Assembly: GCA_963601815.1 (NCBI GenBank)
Contig: CAVCGV010000001.1
Location: 1 to 48,119 of the forward strand
Reading direction: 5' to 3'
From: a bacterium
GTDB lineage: Bacteria; Bacteroidota; Bacteroidia; Bacteroidales; Bacteroidaceae
Length of the DNA: 48,119 nt
The position numbers and the translations under genes are program-made. The first letter of the stretch is position 1, and each line of letters starts with the position of its first letter. The notes under the pieces were generated by a model that was given only the letters and a program-made list of their open reading frames with translations, did no database searches and was not told the DNA's origin. Below are positions 13,148 to 22,258 of the stretch, piece after piece.

Positions 13148-13221
13148 AGCCTCTTGTCGGATTCGAACCAACGACCCCGAGATTACAAATCACGTGCTCT
13201 GGCCAACTGAGCTAAAGAGGC
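13148..13221 (-). tRNA. tRNA-Thr (TGT)
   Basis: Anticodon loop TTTGTAA, GTTCGAATCC. Confidence 0.97.
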
Positions 13222-13273
13222 AAATCCTTGCAGCCGCATTCGGCTTTAGAAGGCTATTGTCGTAAAACGGCTG

Positions 13274-13281
13274 CAAAGGTA
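13274..13281 (-). promoter_or_regulatory. Bacteroidetes -7 promoter element for the tRNA-tuf operon
   Basis: TACCTTTG (TAnnTTTG consensus) on the minus strand upstream of tRNA-Thr. Confidence 0.75.
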
Positions 13282-13321
13282 GTGACTTTTTTTGAATCTC
13301 CAAAATTTTTCGGAGTTTTTT

Positions 13322-13621
13322 TTAGTGATTTCTTATTTTTTCCTTGAATTTGGTCAATTGTACCTTCATCGCATCGACTGTCTGGTCTACACTTTCCTCA
13401 AATGTATCGCAAACTTTCTCTACGAAGAGTGTTGTGCCAGGCACTGCTACTGAGAGCTGAACCTCCTTGTTGAGTACGGTTGCTGGCTTGACCACCTTTA
13501 ATTGCACCTCGACTTTCTGTATATCTTCATAAGTTTTTTCCAACTTGGCGACTTTCTTCTCGACAAACGCCTGCAATTTCTCAGTAGCGTCGAAATGAAT
13601 CGACTGAATCTTAATTTCCAT
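13322..13621 (-). CDS. raiA: Ribosome hibernation promoting factor / RaiA
   Basis: MEIKIQSIHFDATEKL, S30AE-like; second ATG chosen as start. Confidence 0.9.
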   Translation of the reverse strand: MEIKIQSIHFDATEKLQAFVEKKVAKLEKTYEDIQKVEVQLKVVKPATVLNKEVQLSVAVPGTTLFVEKVCDTFEESVDQTVDAMKVQLTKFKEKIRNH

Positions 13622-13647
13622 AGTTACCTCCAATTTTAATTTAAAGG

Positions 13648-14529
13648 TTATGCCCTTGGGTGGGCTTCTGTATAAACTCTCTTCAACTGCTCGAAAGTCG
13701 TATGTGTGTATATCTCGGTCGTTGTTAGCCGGGAATGTCCGAGCAGCTGTTTCAAACTCTCTATATCGGCTCCATGATTGAGCATTGCCGTAGCAAAGGT
13801 GTGCCTCAATACATGCGGGCTTTTCTTTTTGAGCGAGCAGACCCTCGAAAGGTTTTCGCCGACAAGCTTGCGGATGCGTTCGGGATGCATTCGGGATCCT
13901 GAATCGGAAACCAGCAATGCTTTGTCCTTACGAACCACCACTTCGTCTCTGAGTTTCTGATATTCGGACAATGCCCTTTTAAGCTCTTCCCCGAAAGGCA
14001 CCACGCGCTGTTTGTTACCTTTGCCAGTCACCTTCATCTTGCAACCGAGCAAATCCACAGCCTCATCGTTCAGCCCTATCAGTTCGGACAGACGAACTCC
14101 CGTTTCATAGAGAATCATCAATATCAAACGGTCCCGCTTGCCAGCAAAGTCATCTTGCCACAATTCGGAATCCAGAAGTCTGTCCATCTCGCTCTCTTTC
14201 AAGAACTGCGGCAACAACTTGTCGCGTTTTGGCCCTTTCAATCCATGTACAGGATCTTCATCGACCATTCCTCTTGAGAGTGCAAACTTGTAAAAGCCCT
14301 TCAGTGCGCTAAGACGCCGCGCCACGGTAGCGGGACTGTTTCCCTGGTCTACCATAGACTCCAGCCATCCGCGGGCGATGTCGCCATCTATGTTTTCCCA
14401 CGTCAAGCCGTCATCCAAACTCCGGAAATACCGTTCAAAGCTATACAAGTCTTCGGCATAACTGCCTACTGTCCTGTCCGATCTGTTGAGTTCGCACTCC
14501 AGATAGCTAAGATATTCCTTGACGTCCAT
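13648..14529 (-). CDS. xerC: Tyrosine recombinase, XerC-like
   Basis: TGVRLSEL, GKGNKQR, HVLRHTFAT, LLGH, TTEIY; conserved rpsU-xer-hpf context. Confidence 0.85.
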   Translation of the reverse strand: MDVKEYLSYLECELNRSDRTVGSYAEDLYSFERYFRSLDDGLTWENIDGDIARGWLESMVDQGNSPATVARRLSALKGFYKFALSRGMVDEDPVHGLKGPKRDKLLPQFLKESEMDRLLDSELWQDDFAGKRDRLILMILYETGVRLSELIGLNDEAVDLLGCKMKVTGKGNKQRVVPFGEELKRALSEYQKLRDEVVVRKDKALLVSDSGSRMHPERIRKLVGENLSRVCSLKKKSPHVLRHTFATAMLNHGADIESLKQLLGHSRLTTTEIYTHTTFEQLKRVYTEAHPRA

Positions 14530-14611
14530 TGCACCTGAACTTTTGTTTTCGGCAACGAAACTACGAAAAATTATTCAATCCGCCAAATTTTTCCGTATCT
14601 TTTTACGGAAA

Positions 14612-14803
14612 TTAATCCTCGTTAGCACGCAACTTCTGTACGTAAATGGCGTGTTCCATTTTGAGACGCTTCAAGACGGAAGGCTTGTCGTACTGCTGAC
14701 GAGCGCGAAGCTCCTTCACAACACCTGTCTTCTCGAACTTTCTCTTAAACTTCTTGAGAGCTCTCTCAATGTTCTCACCGTCTTTAACTGGTACAATAAT
14801 CAT
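14612..14803 (-). CDS. rpsU: 30S ribosomal protein S21
   Basis: ENIERALKKFKRK...YDKPS. Confidence 0.97.
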   Translation of the reverse strand: MIIVPVKDGENIERALKKFKRKFEKTGVVKELRARQQYDKPSVLKRLKMEHAIYVQKLRANED

Positions 14804-14878
14804 TTTTTAGCTTTTAATTTTTATGTTAAACTTATGTATTTTCAACACAAACTGGCCTAATGCCACAATTTGCGGCTG

Positions 14879-14886
14879 CAAAATTA
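14879..14886 (-). promoter_or_regulatory. -7 promoter element for rpsU
   Basis: TAATTTTG on the minus strand. Confidence 0.65.
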
Positions 14887-14930
14887 CATCTTATTTATCA
14901 AACCACCAAGGTTTTAAGCGTTTTTTTGAC

Positions 14931-16730
14931 TTAATGCGCTCGTTTTATCGGTTTTGTTGCGTTTTCCAACCAATCTTTTTCGTCTTCATCCAAATAAGGA
15001 GAAAGTTTAGTGTACACTTCGGCATGATAGGCATTGAGCCACGCCGTCTCTTCGTCCGTCAGCATATCCAGGCTTGCCGGGGCAAGGTCTATCGGACAGA
15101 GCGTAAGCGATTCCATCTGCAGGAATTTGCCAAACGGGGTGTCCTTATAATCTGTTATCAAAAGGGTGTTTTCTGTCCTTACTCCGAACTTACCTTCTAC
15201 GTAGATGCCCGGTTCGTCGGTAACGGTCATTCCGGCATGCATGGGTGCCGGCTTCCATTCCATCCTTATCTGGTGTGGACCTTCATGTACATTGAGGTAA
15301 GCCCCTACCCCATGGCCTGTACCGTGAAGGTAATTGTAACCTTCGCGCCACAGACACGCCCGACAGATGGCATCTACCTGTGTGCCTGTTGCTCCGTCGG
15401 GGAACTTTGCCAACTCGAGTTGGATATGGGCTTTCAGCACCAATGTGTAGACTTTGCGCATCTCGGCTGTGACAGGACCGAGCGCTATGGTACGGGTGAT
15501 GTCCGTAGTACCATCCTGATACTGGGCACCAGAATCTATCAGGATAAGGCCTTCCGGTTTAAGGGCGGCATCCGTCGGCTCTGTTGCCTCATAATGAACA
15601 ATGGCACCATGCTCCGCATATCCGGCAATCGTATCAAACGAAATATCGCGGAACAAAGGTTGTTCGGCTCTCAGCGCAGTCAACTTGCGGTCTATAGACA
15701 TTTCGGACTGGCCACCGGCTTCAACAGCCGGCTTCAACCACTTCAGGAACTTGACCATAGCCACGCCGTCACGCAGCATTGCATGGCGGAATCCTTCTAT
15801 CTCGGCTTTGTTCTTTATCGCTTTCATCGCCGGAACAGGCGAAGGAGCAGCTATGATTTCCTTGCATCTGACAGCCTTCCACAGACAGTAGGAAGTTTCG
15901 TTCGCATCTAACAGAATATTGTATTCGGGGTATTCCTGCAAGGCTTGCTCCACCTTATTATATATATATACGTCTACGCCCAACTCCTCAAGATAGCGGT
16001 TCACCTCTTCCGTCAGCTTGGAAGGATCCACAAATAACGTCACCTTATCGGACGTCACAAGCAGGTAAGCGACGAAGACCGGGTTGCAGTGAACATCGGC
16101 GCCTCGCAAATTGAGGAGCCAGGCAATATCGTCAAGTGCCGACACCAACATACCCTCCGCATGGCGTTGCCTCAAAGCTTCACGCAGGCGCATAATCTTC
16201 GACGTAGCGGTCTCGCCAGCATAACACAACGGTTGTATTTCCACAGGATTGGCAGGTATTCCCGGTCGGTCTGTCCATATAGTATCCAGTGGGTCAAAAT
16301 TGTAGCGTACCGTAATGCCGCCCAACTTGCGAAGGTCGGCCATCAGGTCGCACACTTCCCCGTAAGCATTGACCATACCGTCCACGCCAACCTCGGGCGA
16401 CTGTACATCCGCCAACTGTGAGGCAAGCCACTGCGCTATGGTAGGAGTACCCTCCACTTTCAGTTTCATCAACTGATATTCCGTCCCCGCCAGTTGCTGT
16501 GCAGCAGCAAGGAAATAGCGGGAGTCCGTCCAGAGGGCAGCCGACGTCAACGTGACGACAGCCGTACCTGCCGACCCGTCAAAACCGGAAATCCACTCAC
16601 GCCCTTTCCAATGTGCGGCAACATACTCGCTCTGGTGTGCATCCGTGCTTGGGAAAACGAATGCCGACAGATGTTCACGCCTCATAATTTCCCTAAGACG
16701 TTCCAGTCTTTGCTCAATATCATTCTTCAT
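14931..16730 (-). CDS. Aminopeptidase P family (M24B) Xaa-Pro peptidase
   Basis: DSGAQYQDGTTDITRT, HGTGHGVG, VHEGP, EPG, GVRTEN; ATG start chosen over upstream TTG. Confidence 0.95.
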   Translation of the reverse strand: MKNDIEQRLERLREIMRREHLSAFVFPSTDAHQSEYVAAHWKGREWISGFDGSAGTAVVTLTSAALWTDSRYFLAAAQQLAGTEYQLMKLKVEGTPTIAQWLASQLADVQSPEVGVDGMVNAYGEVCDLMADLRKLGGITVRYNFDPLDTIWTDRPGIPANPVEIQPLCYAGETATSKIMRLREALRQRHAEGMLVSALDDIAWLLNLRGADVHCNPVFVAYLLVTSDKVTLFVDPSKLTEEVNRYLEELGVDVYIYNKVEQALQEYPEYNILLDANETSYCLWKAVRCKEIIAAPSPVPAMKAIKNKAEIEGFRHAMLRDGVAMVKFLKWLKPAVEAGGQSEMSIDRKLTALRAEQPLFRDISFDTIAGYAEHGAIVHYEATEPTDAALKPEGLILIDSGAQYQDGTTDITRTIALGPVTAEMRKVYTLVLKAHIQLELAKFPDGATGTQVDAICRACLWREGYNYLHGTGHGVGAYLNVHEGPHQIRMEWKPAPMHAGMTVTDEPGIYVEGKFGVRTENTLLITDYKDTPFGKFLQMESLTLCPIDLAPASLDMLTDEETAWLNAYHAEVYTKLSPYLDEDEKDWLENATKPIKRAH

Positions 16731-16829
16731 ATCCAACGATTTGTCAATTAGAGATTACAAAGATAAGAATTTTAAGAATTAATTACAAATTTAAGCGCAA
16801 AATAATGCACGTTTTACACTACTTTTTTA

Positions 16830-16837
16830 TAATTTTG
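16830..16837 (+). promoter_or_regulatory. -7 promoter element for mdh
   Basis: TAATTTTG. Confidence 0.65.
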
Positions 16838-16930
16838 CGGTCGAAAAAGGGGCACGGCAGAAAGAGACACGCTCTAAGCCATTTCCCCCAACAACAATGT
16901 AAACATCAACATTTTTAATATTTTGTAGTT

Positions 16931-17923
16931 ATGGAATTTTTATCAAATGACAAACTCGTTATCGTCGGTGCCGGCGGTATGATTGGTTCAAACATGGTAC
17001 AGAGCGCATTGATGCTCCATCTTACCCCAAACATTTGCCTTTACGATATCTATGAGCCAGGTGTTCATGGCGTATTCGACGAGATTCAGCAGTGCGCATT
17101 CCCAGGCGTTAACGTAACATACACCGTTGACCCAGAGGAAGCTTTCACTGGCGCTAAATATATTATCTCTTCTGGTGGTGCTCCCCGTAAGGAGGGCATG
17201 ACTCGTGAGGATCTTCTCAAGGGTAACTGCAAGATTGCCGCTGAGTTCGGCGACAACATCAAGAAGTACTGCCCTGAGGTAGAGCACGTCGTTGTTATCT
17301 TCAACCCAGCTGACGTTACAGCGCTTACTGCTCTTATCCACTCTGGTTTGAAACCCAACCAGTTGACATCACTCGCTGCCCTCGACTCTACTCGTTTGCA
17401 GCAGGCTTTGGCGCTCGAGTTTGGTGTTCAGCAGGACAAGGTTACCGGTGCCCATACCTATGGCGGTCACGGCGAGCAGATGGCTGTATTCGCTTCACAG
17501 GTTAAGGTTGACGGCAAGCCATTGTCAGAGATGGGTCTCTCTGCAGAGCGTTGGGAGGAGATCAAGCACCACACCGTACAGGGTGGTTCAAACATCATCA
17601 AGCTCCGCGGCCGCTCTTCATTCCAGAGCCCTGCTTACAATGCAGTGAAGATGATTGAGGCTGCTATGGGTGGCGAGAAGTTCACTTTGCCAGCAGGTTG
17701 CTTCGTTAAGTGCGACAAGTGCGGTTTCAAGAACGTGATGATGGCTATGCCTACCACTATCGACAAGACTGGTGTTCACTTCACAGAACCTACAGGTACT
17801 GAGGAGGAGATGGCAAGCTTGAAGCAGTCTTACGAGCACCTCTGCAAGATGCGTGACGAGATCGTAGAACTCGGCATCGTTCCTGCTGTTGAGGAGTGGA
17901 CCAAGATGAACCCCAACTTGTAA
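16931..17923 (+). CDS. mdh: Malate dehydrogenase (LDH/MDH family)
   Basis: GAGGMIG Rossmann motif, PRKEGMTREDL, NPAD, LDSTR, GGHGE. Confidence 0.92.
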   Translation: MEFLSNDKLVIVGAGGMIGSNMVQSALMLHLTPNICLYDIYEPGVHGVFDEIQQCAFPGVNVTYTVDPEEAFTGAKYIISSGGAPRKEGMTREDLLKGNCKIAAEFGDNIKKYCPEVEHVVVIFNPADVTALTALIHSGLKPNQLTSLAALDSTRLQQALALEFGVQQDKVTGAHTYGGHGEQMAVFASQVKVDGKPLSEMGLSAERWEEIKHHTVQGGSNIIKLRGRSSFQSPAYNAVKMIEAAMGGEKFTLPAGCFVKCDKCGFKNVMMAMPTTIDKTGVHFTEPTGTEEEMASLKQSYEHLCKMRDEIVELGIVPAVEEWTKMNPNL

Positions 17924-17951
17924 TTCACTGTAGAATCACAAGATTTCACAT

Positions 17952-17999
17952 AAAAAAGGACTGAATGGCAAGAATCACTCTTGCGATTCAGTCTTTTTT
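17952..17999 (+). terminator. Intrinsic terminator after mdh (probably bidirectional)
   Basis: AAAAAAGGACTGAAT...ATTCAGTCTTTTTT. Confidence 0.85.
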
Positions 18000-18066
18000 G
18001 CTTACTCTCCGCAAGAACGTTAACTCTTTCCGTAAAATAGTTACACTTGCTTTAACGGATATTTTG

Positions 18067-18074
18067 TAATTTTG
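18067..18074 (+). promoter_or_regulatory. -7 promoter element for DUF3737-patB
   Basis: TAATTTTG. Confidence 0.65.
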
Positions 18075-18137
18075 CACGTGATTTAGGGAGAGTGCCCTTT
18101 CTCCCCACTACGACAAGTACAAATAGGTGTAAAAGAA

Positions 18138-18986
18138 ATGGAATTGATCAAGAACAAGGATTACGGAGGTGAGCGTCCCCTGTTTGGTGCTCACGATGTA
18201 AGATTGGAAAATATTACGATTACGGATGGCGAGTCGGGCATCAAGTGCTGCAAGAACATAGAATGTCACGACTCCAAGTTTTATGGCAAATACCCCTGGT
18301 GGCACGTGGACGGTTCACTGATTACCGACTGCTACTTCGCTCCCGAGAGCCGCTCTGCCATCTGGTACTCAGACAATATGGTAATGAAGAACTGTACCAT
18401 CGACGGTCCCAAGTTCTTCCGCGAGATGAGCAACCTCGAACTGGAGAATGTAAGCATCAACGATGCCGACGAGACATTCTGGAAGGTGGACGGTCTGAAA
18501 ATCAAGAACGTGAAACTGCACGACGGCACCTACCCCTTCATGTTCTCCAAGAACATCTATGTGGACGGACTGGAAAGCGACTCGAAGTACGTATTCCAAT
18601 ATTGCAAGAATGTGGAGGTGCACAACGCCAAGATTACAACCAAGGACAGTTTCTGGGAATGTGAGAACGTGACGGTGTACGATTCAGAGCTGGATGGCGA
18701 GTACCTGGCTTGGCACAGCAAGAACATCAAGTTTGTGCGTTGCCACATCAGTGGCGAGCAACCGCTTTGCTACATGGACCACGTGACCTTGGAAGACTGC
18801 ACCTTCGACCCCGCATGCGACCGTGCCTTTGAGGACTGCACAAACATCGATGCCCACATCAAGGGCGCCATTACCAACATCAAGAATCCTGTCTCCGGCC
18901 GCATCGAGGCCGACGGAATAGGAAGCGTCACTTACACAGAATTCGCCAAGTCGCCCCAGGGAAGTTGTGCAATCATTGAAAGGTAA
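18138..18986 (+). CDS. DUF3737 family beta-helix-like protein
   Basis: GERPLF, GES, KYP.WH, SKYVFQY, KDSFWE, GEYLAW, QPLCY pattern. Confidence 0.88.
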   Translation: MELIKNKDYGGERPLFGAHDVRLENITITDGESGIKCCKNIECHDSKFYGKYPWWHVDGSLITDCYFAPESRSAIWYSDNMVMKNCTIDGPKFFREMSNLELENVSINDADETFWKVDGLKIKNVKLHDGTYPFMFSKNIYVDGLESDSKYVFQYCKNVEVHNAKITTKDSFWECENVTVYDSELDGEYLAWHSKNIKFVRCHISGEQPLCYMDHVTLEDCTFDPACDRAFEDCTNIDAHIKGAITNIKNPVSGRIEADGIGSVTYTEFAKSPQGSCAIIER

Positions 18987-19028
18987 AAAAGAAAAAGGGT
19001 AAAAAAGTAAAAACTGAGATACAGGAAA

Positions 19029-20228
19029 ATGAAATACAACTTTGACGAAATCATCGACCGTCGCGGTACCAATTCCTACAAGTGGGACTTGGTGAAGGAG
19101 GACGGTGTCATCCCGATGTGGGTGGCGGACATGGACTTCCAGACTGCCCCCTGCATCATCGAGGCACTGCAGAAGCGGGTGGCTCACGGCATCTTCGGCT
19201 ACACCCTCGTACCGGATGCTTACTACGACGCCATCACGAAATGGTTCTCCCGCCGTCACCAGTGGCAGATAGAAAAAGACTGGATTATTTATACCTCGGG
19301 CGTGGTGCCAGCACTCTCATGCTGCCTGAAGGCCATCTGCCTGCCGGGCGAAAAGGTACTGGTACAGACTCCCGTATACAACTGCTTCTTCTCGAGCATC
19401 GCCAACAGCGGTTGCGAGCTGGTGGAAAATGAGCTGCGCCGCATCGGCAACGAGACCTACGAGATAGACTTCGATGACTTCGAGCGCAAATGCGCCGACG
19501 AGAAGACCACTGCCTTCATCCTCTGCAATCCCCACAACCCTGCCGGACGTGTATGGAAAAAGGAGGAATTGGAGCGCATGAACGACATCTGCCTGAAGCA
19601 CGACGTGAAGGTCATCGCCGACGAGATACACGGCGAGATTATCATGCCGGGCCATCACTTCACGCCGTTTGCCAGCATCAGCGAGGCTTGCCGTGACAAC
19701 TGTGTAGTGTTGAACTCGCCCACCAAGGCATTCAATATCGCCGGACTGCAGATAGCCAACATCATCTGCGCTGACAAGAACCTTCGCCGCCGTATCGACC
19801 GCGCCGTCAACATCAACGAAGTGTGCGACGTCAATCCCTTCGGCATTATCGCCCTTCAGGCAGCCTACAACGAAGGGGAGGAATGGCTCGACCAGCTCAA
19901 CCAGTATCTCTACGAGAACTACCTGGCACTGAAAGAGTTTTTCGCCACAGAGTTGCCACAAGTACGCGTCACCCGTCTGGAAGGCACCTACCTCGTATGG
20001 CTCGACATCCTGCCGTTCGAGTTGTCCTCCGACGAGGCTTACGAGAAACTGATACAAGACGGCAAGGTATTCCTGAACACCGGCACGATGTATGGTCGCA
20101 AGGCCGGACAAGGCTACCTGCGCATCAACATCGCCTGTCCTCGCAAGACCTTAATGCAGGGCTTGGCAAGAATCGGACAAGTGCTGAGCCAGTACATAGA
20201 CGAAGAAGACACCGGGTGCCCGATGTAA
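19029..20228 (+). CDS. PLP-dependent C-S lyase, MalY/PatB family (cystathionine beta-lyase-like)
   Basis: PMWVADMDF, LCNPHNP.GR, DEIH, SPTKAFNIAGL. Confidence 0.93.
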   Translation: MKYNFDEIIDRRGTNSYKWDLVKEDGVIPMWVADMDFQTAPCIIEALQKRVAHGIFGYTLVPDAYYDAITKWFSRRHQWQIEKDWIIYTSGVVPALSCCLKAICLPGEKVLVQTPVYNCFFSSIANSGCELVENELRRIGNETYEIDFDDFERKCADEKTTAFILCNPHNPAGRVWKKEELERMNDICLKHDVKVIADEIHGEIIMPGHHFTPFASISEACRDNCVVLNSPTKAFNIAGLQIANIICADKNLRRRIDRAVNINEVCDVNPFGIIALQAAYNEGEEWLDQLNQYLYENYLALKEFFATELPQVRVTRLEGTYLVWLDILPFELSSDEAYEKLIQDGKVFLNTGTMYGRKAGQGYLRINIACPRKTLMQGLARIGQVLSQYIDEEDTGCPM

Positions 20229-20240
20229 AGTGAAGAATGA

Positions 20241-20410
20241 AGAAAAAAGGGTTCGCACATGAAGCCAATTTTGCGATAGTGTGCATGCTGCTTTTTACCC
20301 ATAAAAATCATGAGGTCTTAACCTTGCGGGCTTGAGGTCTTAACCTTGCGGGCTTGAGGTCTTAACCTCGAGAAAAGAGGGGTCGCACATGAAGCCAATT
20401 TTGCGATAGT
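20241..20410. repeat. 40-bp direct repeat pair enclosing a 22-bp tandem array
   Basis: 20241-20280 vs 20371-20410 match 38/40; TGAGGTCTTAACCTTGCGGGCT at 20311, 20333 and a partial copy at 20355. Confidence 0.92.
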
Positions 20411-20441
20411 TATTTTTTACACATTACTAAACATTATAAGT

Positions 20442-20966
20442 ATGGAAAACGAAGTATTGAAAGCCATCAAGGAGAGAAGAAGCATTCGCCGGTACAAGGA
20501 AGAGCAGATTACCGACGAGGAGTTGAAGGCTGTGTTGGAGGCCGGCACATGGGCGGCCACAGGCCACGGCTCGCAGGAGCCCTTCATCATCGCCGTACAG
20601 AACCCGGAGACCTGCGCTCAGTTGCGCAAGATGAACGGCGAGGCAATGGGTGTGGAGAGCGACCCCTACTATGGCGCACCTACCATCGTCATCGTGCTGG
20701 CGCGTGAGGACGACCCCAACAACGTGAAGGACGGCAGTCTCATCCTTGGCAACATGATGCTTGCCGCCCACTCCATCGGTCTCGCCTCCTGCTGGATAAA
20801 CCGCGAGGACATCATGTTCGCCACGGAGGAAGGCAAGAAACTGATGAAGGACTGGAACCTTCCCGAAGGTCTGATGGGTGTAGGTGCCCTGTCTTTGGGC
20901 TACGCCTCGTCTCAGCCTCATACCGTAAAGCCACGCAAAGAGGATTACTACCGCATCATCAAGTAA
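20442..20966 (+). CDS. Nitroreductase family protein
   Basis: RRSIRRY, YGAP, NMMLAAHSIGLASCWI, LGY. Confidence 0.93.
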   Translation: MENEVLKAIKERRSIRRYKEEQITDEELKAVLEAGTWAATGHGSQEPFIIAVQNPETCAQLRKMNGEAMGVESDPYYGAPTIVIVLAREDDPNNVKDGSLILGNMMLAAHSIGLASCWINREDIMFATEEGKKLMKDWNLPEGLMGVGALSLGYASSQPHTVKPRKEDYYRIIK

Positions 20967-20984
20967 AGCCACTTTTTTATCATC

Positions 20985-21032
20985 ATAAGTACCGGGGAAT
21001 GTAACATGTTCTACATTCCCCGGTACTTATTT
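20985..21032 (+). terminator. Terminator hairpin after nitroreductase
   Basis: 19-bp perfect stem 20985-21003/21012-21030 followed by T-rich sequence. Confidence 0.8.
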
Positions 21033-21117
21033 CTATGTATTTTTTACAGCAAAGTCCGGAAATATTTGGCAATTCTTCAAGCTATGAATACTTTTGCACA
21101 AAAAAGTATTCCATAAC

Positions 21118-21873
21118 ATGACAAATATTCTTATCAGTGCCGCCGGACTGTGCGGCGCCACTATCTTAGGAGCCATCCTGGGTTTCTTCATCAAGGAGTT
21201 GCCCCACAAGTGGAACGATACGGTATTGGGCTATTGCGCCGGCATCATGCTTGCCGCTTCCACGCTCGGCCTCATCGTACCAGCTTTCGACCAAACTTCG
21301 CTTTGGTGGCTGGTGGCTATAGGCGTAATCGCCGGTGCCTTGTTTCTGAACGTGCTCGACCTGGTAACTCCCCACTTGCACCACATCACAGGCCTCGACC
21401 CTGAGCAGCACCGCAATAACTCTACACTCAACCATGTGTTACTCTTCGTTATGGCTATTGCCCTGCACAAACTGCCCGAAGGCATGGCGGCAGGCGTGAG
21501 CGTCTGTTCGGCGGCAGACGTAGCAGGCGAGGCCAACTGGGGTGTTTCTTTCGGCATTGCCCTGCAGAATATTCCTGAGGGAATGGTCATCATAGCGCCA
21601 TTGATGCTCGCCGGCGTATCGGCGGCAAGGACCTTCGTCATCTCCGTGGTTATCGCCCTGCTCGAGGTGGTAGGCATCCTCATAGGTTTCGGCTTAGGTT
21701 CAGCCTCAGCCTCCTTCCTCCCCGTGATGTTGGGCTTCGCCGGCGGGGCGATGCTCTATGTCACGAGCGACGAGATGATACCCGAGACACACGCCCACGG
21801 GTTTCAGAAGCAAGCCACCTATGCCCTGCTCCTCGGCTTCATCACCTTCGTACTGCTGGAGAAATGCCTGTAG
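21118..21873 (+). CDS. ZIP family (ZupT/GufA-like) metal transporter
   Basis: AGIMLAAS, His-rich loop, LHKLPEGMA, LQNIPEG, EMIPE; TACTTTTG promoter at 21089-21096 overlaps the ORF-track TTG so ATG 21118 used. Confidence 0.92.
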   Translation: MTNILISAAGLCGATILGAILGFFIKELPHKWNDTVLGYCAGIMLAASTLGLIVPAFDQTSLWWLVAIGVIAGALFLNVLDLVTPHLHHITGLDPEQHRNNSTLNHVLLFVMAIALHKLPEGMAAGVSVCSAADVAGEANWGVSFGIALQNIPEGMVIIAPLMLAGVSAARTFVISVVIALLEVVGILIGFGLGSASASFLPVMLGFAGGAMLYVTSDEMIPETHAHGFQKQATYALLLGFITFVLLEKCL

Positions 21874-21951
21874 ACACGCCGTATTCCGCATGAAGAAGCC
21901 GTGTTTCATGATATAAGGTTTCTGTCCAGTCTTCAACAGTTGTTTGCCATA

Positions 21952-21981
21952 TGGGTACGGCGAGGGCGCCGTACCTCCTAA
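21952..21981 (-). repeat. REP-like palindrome (GGAG + 8-bp stem)
   Basis: Minus strand TTAGGAG-GTACGGCG-CCCT-CGCCGTAC-CCA; 28/30 to 23663-23692 and 27/30 to 48021-48050. Confidence 0.85.
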
Positions 21982-22057
21982 AGATCAGAAGCGTCCTTCA
22001 CCATTTGGAGTTTCTCATATTTCTTCAATTTGATTTTTGCTTTTCTGATTTTATTCG

Positions 22058-22065
22058 TACCTTTG
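22058..22065 (+). promoter_or_regulatory. -7 promoter element for the MATE gene
   Basis: TACCTTTG with upstream TTTG at 22036-22039. Confidence 0.75.
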
Positions 22066-22092
22066 CACTGAAATTCCAAATAGAGTTTTGTA

Positions 22093-22175
22093 ATCCTCAT
22101 CGGAGGGTCTGAATAAGGCTGGATAAGATGACTGGGTAAAACCAATCACGCTTATCCAGCCTTATTTGCTTTGTG
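22093..22175 (+). promoter_or_regulatory. Structured 5' leader; candidate guanidine-IV-like riboswitch or attenuator
   Basis: Small hairpin ATCCTC-ATCG-GAGGGT, then a perfect 16-bp stem 22112-22127/22151-22166 with GGT in its loop and T-rich tail, upstream of a MATE gene. Confidence 0.5.
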
Positions 22176-22258
22176 GCAGCAATGCGTGCAATACTTTCTG
22201 GCAGAGACTCGGCAGATGTTGAAGTTTGTAATCTTACAACCAACAAGAAGAAAAAACA

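Noticed and set aside
13648..14529. Prophage or island integrase next to the tRNA cluster
   Set aside because: About 300-aa Xer-type protein in the housekeeping rpsU-xer-hpf context; no duplicated tRNA end or cargo seen. Nothing links it to the DUF2795 island
14823..15911. 362-aa plus-strand ORF
   Set aside because: Antisense to aminopeptidase P; no motifs
20241..20410. Mini-CRISPR
   Set aside because: Only two long repeats, and the interior is itself tandemly repeated
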